Part shown: positions 31,723-39,331 of the stretch, one piece after another | Numbering within the stretch: position 1 is the stretch's first letter | Layout of the letters: each line of letters begins with the position of its first letter | Assembly (NCBI GenBank): GCA_902550225.1 | Contig: CACCYL010000006.1 | Span: 905-64,904, forward strand | DNA from: an uncultured Alphaproteobacteria bacterium | Lineage (GTDB): Bacteria > Pseudomonadota > Alphaproteobacteria > Methylaequorales > Methylaequoraceae | Direction: 5' to 3' | DNA: 64,000 nt | Made by a program: the position numbers and the translations under genes | The notes under the pieces: generated by a model | Databases searched by the model: none | The model's input: only the letters and a program-made list of their open reading frames with translations | Told to the model about the DNA's origin: nothing

Positions 31723-32863
31723 TAAAGCAAAATTTATAAAAGAAAATAACTTACCACCAATCGGTAGTAGGATAATTGTTGCAATGTCTGGTGGTGTTGA
31801 CTCCTCTGTGACCGCAGCACTGCTTAAAAATATTGGATACGAAGTAATTGGGGTCACGATGAAATTATATGAGGCAGCAAACAAAAAAAAATCCAAAACT
31901 TGTTGCTCAGGTATAGATATAGCAGATGCAAAAAATGTAGCAAAAAAATTAAACATAAAACACTATATAATTGACTACAAAGAAAAGTTTAAAGAATCTG
32001 TAATTGACAAATTTGTGAACAGTTACATTGATGGTCAAACACCTATACCTTGTATTTTATGTAATCAAACGGTTAAGTTTACCGATCTTATTGAATTTAC
32101 AAAATTGTTAAAAAGCTCAATATTAGCCACAGGGCATTATGTGAAGAGAATTGAGAATGGTGATGATATAAATCTTTATCAGGCTGATGATGGTCTAAAG
32201 GATCAGAGTTATTTTTTATTTGCTACAACACAAGATCAATTAAAAACATTAAGATTTCCACTCGGAAATTTTACTAAATCTTATATTCGAGAATTAGCTT
32301 TAAACCTGGGACTCTCCAATGCTGAAAAACCTGATAGTCAAGATATTTGTTTTATTCCTGATGGGAATTATAGAAAATTTGTTAAAGAAAAAGATACTAA
32401 ATCCAATATAGCCGGAAATATTGTCAATATAAAGGGTGATATTGTTGGAACTCACAACGGTATAATCAATTACACAATTGGTCAGAGAAAAGGCATAGGA
32501 ATAGGGGGTATTAAAGGTGTTAAAGATCAGCATCCGATGTATGTGTTAAAAATTGACAAGAGCAAAAATGAAATAATTGTAGGTCCAAAAAGTAATTTAA
32601 AAAAATATTCTATATATGTTAAAGATTTAAATTTTTTCACAAAAAATGTATCTAACTTTGAATTTGATGCATTAATTAAGATTAGATCTGGACAGAGATT
32701 GATATCAGCAAAAGTCGAGTTAGATAAAAAAAATCTAAATCATGGAACTGTACTATTAGATGAACCGGAATTTGGAATTGCTCCTGGTCAAGCATGCGTT
32801 TTTTACAATAATTTCAAAAAAATGTTGGGCGGAGGATGGATTACAACAAGCGAGTTGAAATAG
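31709..32863 (+). CDS. mnmA: tRNA 2-thiouridine(34) synthase MnmA
   Basis: PP-loop VAMSGGVDSSV, CCSG, DSQDICF. I place the start at ATG 31709; the longer track ORF from 31565 only overprints iscX. Confidence 0.92.
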   Translation: MKEIDKAKFIKENNLPPIGSRIIVAMSGGVDSSVTAALLKNIGYEVIGVTMKLYEAANKKKSKTCCSGIDIADAKNVAKKLNIKHYIIDYKEKFKESVIDKFVNSYIDGQTPIPCILCNQTVKFTDLIEFTKLLKSSILATGHYVKRIENGDDINLYQADDGLKDQSYFLFATTQDQLKTLRFPLGNFTKSYIRELALNLGLSNAEKPDSQDICFIPDGNYRKFVKEKDTKSNIAGNIVNIKGDIVGTHNGIINYTIGQRKGIGIGGIKGVKDQHPMYVLKIDKSKNEIIVGPKSNLKKYSIYVKDLNFFTKNVSNFEFDALIKIRSGQRLISAKVELDKKNLNHGTVLLDEPEFGIAPGQACVFYNNFKKMLGGGWITTSELK

Positions 32864-33038
32864 AACTTCAAATTTTTTTTCCCTAATAGATAACAAAATT
32901 TTGTCAATAATTTATTAAGATTTTATTGGTTGCAACCAAATTCTAAGAACCCTATATTATACTTATATTTGCTATTTTGCATTTGTACAAATGATTAAAT
33001 TAAAGTAATATTTAATTTAGTCTTTGTGGAGGAAGATT

Positions 33039-33350
33039 ATGAAAGGTCTTAAGTTAGGAATAGTAGGTTTTTGCTTACTTCTTTCTAATTCAGCTTTGTG
33101 TGGCGATATCGATGCTGGTGAAGCTAGATATGCCCAAAACTGTGGAAATTGTCATGGTCCTGCAGGTATGGGGCTTGCTAGTTATCCTAAATTAAAGGGT
33201 AAAGAGATACCATACCTTATAGACAGACTTAACACTTACAGAGCTGGAACCAAAATTGGACCAAATTCAGATCTTATGATTATGATGGCGCAGCCGTTGT
33301 CAGATGTTGAAATTGCGAATTTGGCCGCGTACTTAAATGCGCAAAAATAA
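33039..33350 (+). CDS. exported class I c-type cytochrome
   Basis: Signal peptide, single CGNCHG haem motif, distal Met region. ATG 33039 is preceded by GGAGGAAG. Confidence 0.85.
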   Translation: MKGLKLGIVGFCLLLSNSALCGDIDAGEARYAQNCGNCHGPAGMGLASYPKLKGKEIPYLIDRLNTYRAGTKIGPNSDLMIMMAQPLSDVEIANLAAYLNAQK

Positions 33351-33385
33351 TAACGTTAACATTAATAATAAAGGGAGATTATTTA

Positions 33386-34690
33386 ATGATTAAAAAATCT
33401 AAACTTTTATCAGCGGTTGCTATTGCTACAGCATCTTTTATTGCTGCACCCAGCTATGCTGATACAATGAATACCCCTGACATTAGTGCTATGTCTGTCA
33501 TGAATGGATTGGAAAATCCATGGGATATGGCTTTCACTAATGGTGGTGACATGTTTGTTACAGAAAAGTGTAAAGGTTTATCTGTAAAAACAAGTTCAGG
33601 CTCAGTTCACGCTCTTGCTGGTATGAAAGGCTCTAAAGGTTACGCAAGTACTTTTAATGATCTTTTCTGCTCTGGGCAAGCCGGTATGATGGGAGTTGCT
33701 TTAGATCCTAATTTTAACAAAAATAGAAGGATTTATGTTGCATCTACATCAGATAAATATCACGGTAGTGGTTGTAAAACTAACTTCGAAAAATGTGATG
33801 GAAACATCATCATGAGAATGGAAGTTAGCAAAGACATGAAAAGTGTTTCAAACCGTGTTGATATAGTAAAAGACATCCAATACAAACCATTTGAGTCCGA
33901 TCATCCTTTTGGTGGTCCTGGTGCCCACAATGGTAATAGATTACGTTTTGGTCCTGATGGATACCTATGGGCTACAACAGGTGATCGTCACAGAGGTGTT
34001 GTACCACAATCACCAAAATTGTTAGGTGGTAACGTATTAAGAATCGATACTGACGGTAAAGCACATCCAGGTAATAAACCTCCAAGAGGTTTCGATAAGC
34101 GTATGTATACTTATGGTCATAGAAATGTTCAAGGCATCGATTTCCGTCCAAGTGATGGAAGAGCATTCACTGCAGAACACGGACCATGGCAAAATGACGA
34201 AATTACTGCCTTAGTTAATGGTGGTAATGGTGGTTGGGATCCTCGTCCAAACGTAGGTGGACGTGGTGATTGTCCAGATAAGTATTGTGGATATATGCCA
34301 AATCAAAAAGAAGGTATGCTTCCTGCAAAACGTGCTCAATTCATGCCAATGAGTGATACACGTTTCAGTGATCTAATGCCGCCTGCATGGAATAACAACG
34401 GTTTATCTCAAGGAACTGGTTCTGCCGCATTCTTAAAAGGTAAAAACTGGGGTTATTGGGAAGGTAGAATGGCCGTTGGAATCATGGGTATTGGTTTCGG
34501 TGGAACACCTTCTGGTATGAGAATAGACGTTGTTGATATTGCCAAAGATGGTCAATCAATCAAGAGTGTAATTCACATGCCTACAGGTCTAACAAAGAGA
34601 TTCAGAGGTCTAAGATTAGGTCCTGATAATGCTCTTTACGCTGCAGTAGATGAAGGAGAAATCTACAAAATCACTGCTACAGCTAAGTAA
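33386..34690 (+). CDS. PQQ-dependent soluble sugar (aldose/sorbosone) dehydrogenase, beta-propeller
   Basis: Signal peptide. HNGNRLRFGPDGYLWATTGD and YGHRNVQG motifs of the YliI/sGDH family. GGGAGA SD 8 nt upstream. Confidence 0.82.
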   Translation: MIKKSKLLSAVAIATASFIAAPSYADTMNTPDISAMSVMNGLENPWDMAFTNGGDMFVTEKCKGLSVKTSSGSVHALAGMKGSKGYASTFNDLFCSGQAGMMGVALDPNFNKNRRIYVASTSDKYHGSGCKTNFEKCDGNIIMRMEVSKDMKSVSNRVDIVKDIQYKPFESDHPFGGPGAHNGNRLRFGPDGYLWATTGDRHRGVVPQSPKLLGGNVLRIDTDGKAHPGNKPPRGFDKRMYTYGHRNVQGIDFRPSDGRAFTAEHGPWQNDEITALVNGGNGGWDPRPNVGGRGDCPDKYCGYMPNQKEGMLPAKRAQFMPMSDTRFSDLMPPAWNNNGLSQGTGSAAFLKGKNWGYWEGRMAVGIMGIGFGGTPSGMRIDVVDIAKDGQSIKSVIHMPTGLTKRFRGLRLGPDNALYAAVDEGEIYKITATAK

Positions 34691-34701
34691 CTTAATGATA
34701 G

Positions 34702-34730
34702 ACACGCGCCATTTTGGCGCGTGTTATTCA
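34702..34730 (+). terminator. rho-independent terminator after the PQQ-dehydrogenase gene
   Basis: Perfect 9-bp GC-rich stem ACACGCGCC/GGCGCGTGT (34702-34710 and 34716-34724) with a short loop, followed by a T-containing tail. Confidence 0.75.
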
Positions 34731-34860
34731 TCATCTGAATTTTAAATACAAAATTTATCTAAATATATCTACAACTTGAAACTTGTTCTTTTTCAAGTAA
34801 ATTCAAATATAACTATTTATCAATCTACTTTTTAAGTTATATGTTTTATCATATAAAAAT

Positions 34861-34937
34861 GGCGGAGTAGCTCAGGTGGTTAGAGCAGCGGAATCATAAT
34901 CCGCGTGTCGGGGGTTCAAGTCCCTCCTCCGCTACCA
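34861..34937 (+). tRNA. tRNA with CAT anticodon: elongator tRNA-Met, or possibly tRNA-Ile2 (lysidine). Not an initiator.
   Basis: 77-nt cloverleaf folded by hand: acceptor GGCGGAG/CTCCGCT, D-arm GCTC/GAGC, anticodon stem GCGGA/TCCGC with loop ATCATAA, T-arm GGGGG-TTCAAGT-CCCTC, encoded CCA. It lacks the three consecutive G-C pairs next to the anticodon loop that initiator tRNAs carry. Confidence 0.92.
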
Positions 34938-35063
34938 TAAAACATTCAGAGAGTAGGGGATTCCGAAGTTCTCACAAGAATAAGACAGTCAAATAAGAAG
35001 TTTGACACATTCTCAGAATTCCTTAATGACTAAAAAAGATAGTGAGAGTAAATTTCAAACGAT

Positions 35064-35807
35064 TCAACGTTTAATCGAAAGATATTTTTCGCTCCTATCT
35101 TTAATCAATATTCGATTTTTAGAAAACTTAAAGTACATTTCTTTACATCCTGAAATAATACGATCATGAAGCTCTGCAAAAACAACTGGTATTTTCTTTA
35201 ATGTTTTTATATCGTTTTTTAATAAATCGTATTCGCCACCCTCAATATCTAATTTAAGCAATCCAATTTCCTCACGTGGCTCCAATAAATCTTTGAGCAC
35301 GAAAGTCGGTGTTTTATGAAGAGGTTTTGCATTAGGATTATCTAATGGTTTCGAAACAACAGTGTAACCCCATTCCTTAGTTCCTCTATTATTTAAAGTG
35401 ATTGTCTTTTTTGAACTACCTATTAATGCACCATACACTATTTTAATATTTGAAATACCCTCTAAATTTTTTTTCAATATAGCTAAGTTATCTTGAGAAG
35501 GTTCTATTACAATTATTTTCGCTTTGGGATAAATTTGTTTAAAAGCAATAGCAGAAGTTCCTATGTAACCACCTGCATCAACAATAATACCTGAATAGTC
35601 TTTTGGAAAAAGATATTTTACAATATCAAACTCACCTGAAAAACAAGTAATTGCCACACCTAAATCAGGTGTGCCTTTTCGAATAAAAATTTGTTGGCTT
35701 GATATTTTTACCTTTAGCTCAGCCCCTGGTTTTGCGAATTTATATTGAAGAAAAGAAGAAAAACCAATTTTCTTAGCAAGACGAATTTGTTTAAGAAAGC
35801 TTTTCAT
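35064..35807 (-). CDS. FkbM family methyltransferase
   Basis: SAM-binding VDAGGYIGTSAI and LKLDIEGGEYDLL motifs. Confidence 0.8.
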   Translation of the reverse strand: MKSFLKQIRLAKKIGFSSFLQYKFAKPGAELKVKISSQQIFIRKGTPDLGVAITCFSGEFDIVKYLFPKDYSGIIVDAGGYIGTSAIAFKQIYPKAKIIVIEPSQDNLAILKKNLEGISNIKIVYGALIGSSKKTITLNNRGTKEWGYTVVSKPLDNPNAKPLHKTPTFVLKDLLEPREEIGLLKLDIEGGEYDLLKNDIKTLKKIPVVFAELHDRIISGCKEMYFKFSKNRILIKDRSEKYLSIKR

Positions 35808-36097
35808 TTTTATTTCTTGCTTTAATTACCAATGTTTTTGCCACAATAAAAAAAATATTTTACCAAATCAACGATTTATTTTGAAACAATAAAGTTGCCA
35901 AATGATATAAAATCAATAATTTGATAATATCTTTCAGAATTGGGTGGAAACACTAATACTCTCCCCATTAAATCTGGCGATATTTCATAATCTTTAAATA
36001 CAATAAAGATACAGATATATGGAATGTTAGAAACCTTTGTTTAACACTTTTTCTAAAACCCTTCTATCAGTCGGGTGTGTGAATGAATAAAAGTAGT

Positions 36098-36153
36098 ATC
36101 ATAATCCAGCGTGTCAGAGGTTCAAGTATCTTCTCTGCTACCATCAAAACTTT
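36098..36153 (+). repeat. degenerate direct copy of the 3' half of the tRNA-Met(CAT) gene plus a few flanking bases (att-like scar)
   Basis: ATCATAATCCaGCGTGTCaGaGGTTCAAGTatCTtCTCtGCTACCATcAAAAC aligns with 34893-34947 of the tRNA at roughly 80 percent identity by eye. No 5' half is present. Confidence 0.8.
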
Positions 36154-36321
36154 AGAAGGAAAGGTGTATGAACCGACATTTAAACTTAATTGTTTAACAG
36201 TAAATTTAAAATCAATCCTTCTTAATTAAAAATTTAATAAGTCTTAGTTATTAGCTTATAATTTACTATAATAATTTTAAAATTAAATTACGTACAAATT
36301 AGATTTATCAATTTAAAATAT

Positions 36322-37044
36322 ATGAGTTATATCAAAATATTGAGAAAGAAATTTAAAAGTACTTTTTTTTACAACGTAATTCAAAATTGGTTACATAAAC
36401 CTCTTAAATCGTTTTCAGATTGTTTTGGAGAAGATCTTTTTGTTTTTAATTACTTTTCCGATCTAAATAAGGGATTTTACATAGATATAGGTTGTAATCA
36501 ACCCAAGATTAATTCGTTGACATTTTTATTACATAAAAAAGGATGGAAAGGGATGAATTTTGATATCTCAGAGAGATGTATTAAGTTATATAAGTTTTTT
36601 AGGAGTAATGATTTTAATTTAAACGTTTCTATTGGTTCAAACAAAAAAAAAGTAAATTCTTATATTTTTTATGAAAATTGTACAATGAACACTGTTGATG
36701 AGAAATTTAAAAAATATAGTTCCAAGAGTGTCAATAAAGAGCCTTTAATTAAAGAAATTCAACAAACAACTTTAAACCAAATTCTTAGTGAAAATAGTAT
36801 TAAAACAATTAACTATCTTAACATAGACGTTGAGGGTTATGAAATGAATGTTCTTAAAGGTTTTAATATCAGAAAATACAATCCAAATTTAGTTTCAATT
36901 GAGATTCATGATGAGAACTGCCCACCGCTCAAAAATGATATTTATAAGTATTTTATTAAAAATAATTATAGATTAGTTTCGATATATGGTTGGACTTATT
37001 TTTTTGAGAAAAAAAGAAATTCAAAAATTCATTTCAAAATATAA
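36322..37044 (+). CDS. FkbM family methyltransferase (second, divergent copy)
   Basis: IDIGCNQP and LNIDVEGYEMNVLKGF motifs. Confidence 0.75.
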   Translation: MSYIKILRKKFKSTFFYNVIQNWLHKPLKSFSDCFGEDLFVFNYFSDLNKGFYIDIGCNQPKINSLTFLLHKKGWKGMNFDISERCIKLYKFFRSNDFNLNVSIGSNKKKVNSYIFYENCTMNTVDEKFKKYSSKSVNKEPLIKEIQQTTLNQILSENSIKTINYLNIDVEGYEMNVLKGFNIRKYNPNLVSIEIHDENCPPLKNDIYKYFIKNNYRLVSIYGWTYFFEKKRNSKIHFKI

Positions 37045-37091
37045 TTGATTTTTTGATTATGAAAGAATATCGTAAACTTAAATAGAAAAAA

Positions 37092-37397
37092 ATGACTAAT
37101 ACTAATCTTTTCTCTAAAATATTTAGATCATTTGTCATTCTATTCTTCATATTTTTTTTTTTCTCCAGTTTCAATGTTAGCGCTTACAATTTAGGACAAG
37201 ATAATATTTGTTCCTCCGAAAATAACGATGCTGATGAGAAATGTGAAAACAATTGTTTATGTGATAGAGATCAATTAATTCATACAAAAGATTCTAGAAA
37301 ATATTTTTTAAATAAATCTCAAATCAAGAATCATAGAATTTTCCTTACAAAAACTAAATCTATTGAAGAAAAAGCTAACTCACCTCCGATTATTTAA
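37092..37397 (+). CDS. hypothetical small exported or anchored Cys-containing protein
   Basis: N-terminal hydrophobic segment ending VSA-YN. Four Cys within ICSSENNDADEKCENNCLC. No family recognised. Confidence 0.45.
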   Translation: MTNTNLFSKIFRSFVILFFIFFFFSSFNVSAYNLGQDNICSSENNDADEKCENNCLCDRDQLIHTKDSRKYFLNKSQIKNHRIFLTKTKSIEEKANSPPII

Positions 37398-37438
37398 CTT
37401 TCTTAATTTTTCTTATTAATTTCTTGAAAGGACAAATA

Positions 37439-38470
37439 ATGTTTAATTTCTTAGCTTTAACTATATTAGTTACAATCTCATTTTTTATTAATGCCGATGA
37501 AATACAGCTAGCTGATAGTCATGGACCAATATCAATTATGGGGGATCATATGCATAAAAAAGGTGAATTTATGTTTTCTTACCGTTTTGGTCAAATGAAA
37601 ATGAATAATGTTGCAAACGGAACAAAAAAAATAAATACAAATTCAGTGATGTTATCACCAAACGGTGCATCAAATAATTTAGGTAATTATATGAATGCCC
37701 CAATATCGATGAAAATGAATATGCATATGTTTGGAGGGATGTATGCTCCATCAGATGATTTAACCCTTATGATAATGACAAGTTATCAAGACAAAATAAT
37801 GACTCAACAAAGAATGCCGATGGCTGGTGGTTCACGTTTTAATGTTAATTCCTCTGGTTTAGGTGATACAAGAATAACTTCGCTGATTAATATATTTAAT
37901 AATGATCTTACTAAAACTATCTTTGGAACAGGATTAAGTCTTCCTACTGGAAGTATTGATCAAAGAGATACAACGCCAGCTTCCTCTAATACTAGGTTAG
38001 GTTATTCTATGCAAAATGGCACTGGTACCTATGATTTATTATTTTTTTTGAATAATATAAACAAAATTGGAAGATTTAAAATTGGAGAACAGCTCCTCTA
38101 TAAAAAAGCATTATCAGGAAAAAATTCTAAAAATTATCAGTATGGCGATGTATTTGAATTTAATATATGGTCGTCTTATCGTTGGATTGATAATGTTAGT
38201 TCTTCAATAAAGATTAACTATAATTATCAAAAGAAAATGAATGGTTCAGATAATGAAATGAACCCAAGAATGAGCCCTGCAATGGACTCACATAATACAC
38301 GACATAATAAGATAAATTTAGGATTTGGAGTCAATTTAGTAAATACAAGTAAAATCTTTAAAAATCACAGAATAGGAATAGAAGGAACGTTTCCAATTTA
38401 TCAAAATTTAAGAGGGTTACAGATGCAAGAAACTTTCAGGTTTATGATTGGATGGCAATACGCTATATGA
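37439..38470 (+). CDS. outer-membrane beta-barrel protein, Met/His-rich (resembles MetA-pathway/'transporter' OMP family)
   Basis: Signal peptide. HGPISIMGDHMHKKGEFMFSYRFGQMKMN and MKMNMHMFGGMYAP motifs, alternating beta-strand pattern, aromatic C-terminus GWQYAI. The track ORF starts at 37424; ATG 37439 follows AAAGGA. Confidence 0.55.
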   Translation: MFNFLALTILVTISFFINADEIQLADSHGPISIMGDHMHKKGEFMFSYRFGQMKMNNVANGTKKINTNSVMLSPNGASNNLGNYMNAPISMKMNMHMFGGMYAPSDDLTLMIMTSYQDKIMTQQRMPMAGGSRFNVNSSGLGDTRITSLINIFNNDLTKTIFGTGLSLPTGSIDQRDTTPASSNTRLGYSMQNGTGTYDLLFFLNNINKIGRFKIGEQLLYKKALSGKNSKNYQYGDVFEFNIWSSYRWIDNVSSSIKINYNYQKKMNGSDNEMNPRMSPAMDSHNTRHNKINLGFGVNLVNTSKIFKNHRIGIEGTFPIYQNLRGLQMQETFRFMIGWQYAI

Positions 38471-38527
38471 ATAATTGTTGTAAAAAACTAAAATTTATAG
38501 ATAATTAATTTAGTAATATTGGAAATT

Positions 38528-38818
38528 ATGTTGAGTCTTAAAAAGTTTTTGTTATTTATTTTTTTTTTAATTTCACTCAGTTCAGAAAGAGTAGAATCTT
38601 TCAATCTTTTTGAGATTTCCCTCATGGGAATTGGTGCAGGTCTAATACTAGACCAACGTTTTGATAGTTCACTAGAAAACTCAAATAATTACGCTCTTAA
38701 AGAGGAAGTTTTCGATAAATTCCATGAAAGTAAAAAAAGAAAAGTTTCTCCTGCCTATTTTAGAGAATTGCCAATCCAACAAAAACTGCTTTTAATAGAA
38801 GAAATTGAAAAATTTTAA
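38528..38818 (+). CDS. hypothetical exported protein
   Basis: Signal-peptide-like N-terminus (LKKFLLFIFFLISLSS). No family recognised. The track start is TTG 38519. Confidence 0.4.
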   Translation: MLSLKKFLLFIFFLISLSSERVESFNLFEISLMGIGAGLILDQRFDSSLENSNNYALKEEVFDKFHESKKRKVSPAYFRELPIQQKLLLIEEIEKF

Positions 38819-38857
38819 AAAACTAAACAAATTGAAAGTAAGTCGTTTCATAGATTA

Positions 38858-39331
38858 ATGGTTAAAATAATATTATTTCTTTTTACAATTACATTTTGCT
38901 TTCAGCTAAAAAGTAATACTTTTAGTGAAGTTTTTGGTAGTGAGGGAGCAGCAGGTATTGAAAATCCTAAAACTAGAAGCTTAAGTTATACTTTACAATA
39001 TGCTACTTTAGCTGGTTCAATTGGATATGTATTAAAGAATCTTCATGATAGTAATTTCCTGGATCCTTTCGGTTTAACACCAGATTCCATACAAAATTTA
39101 TCAAAACTTGCATACAAGAAAAACTTTCTTTTAGACAAACACGATGCTAACATAATAGCAGTCAATCAAAGAGTAGATAAATTAAATTATCTTAATAATT
39201 TAGATAAAAGTCTTATAAATAAAAAATATTCACCTAGAATGATAGAATTAAGAAATAATAATAATTTTTCAAAATCCATTATTAATTCAAATAATAGAAA
39301 TATCGTAATGGAGAGATATTTTGAAAGATAA
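38858..39331 (+). CDS. hypothetical exported protein
   Basis: Signal-peptide-like N-terminus. Asn/Lys-rich. No family recognised. Confidence 0.4.
   Translation: MVKIILFLFTITFCFQLKSNTFSEVFGSEGAAGIENPKTRSLSYTLQYATLAGSIGYVLKNLHDSNFLDPFGLTPDSIQNLSKLAYKKNFLLDKHDANIIAVNQRVDKLNYLNNLDKSLINKKYSPRMIELRNNNNFSKSIINSNNRNIVMERYFER

Noticed and set aside
31537-31956. 139-aa minus-strand ORF overlapping iscX and the mnmA 5' end
   Set aside because: It lies antisense to two well-supported genes in a tightly coupled operon and has no recognisable domain.
35885-36040. Minus-strand frame ...VFKDYEISPDLMGRVLVFPPNSERYYQIIDFISFGNFIVSK* as a real small gene
   Set aside because: The only in-frame ATG gives about 30 aa. 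Stops lie upstream, there is no RBS and I recognise no family. It is kept only as a possible gene remnant in the findings.
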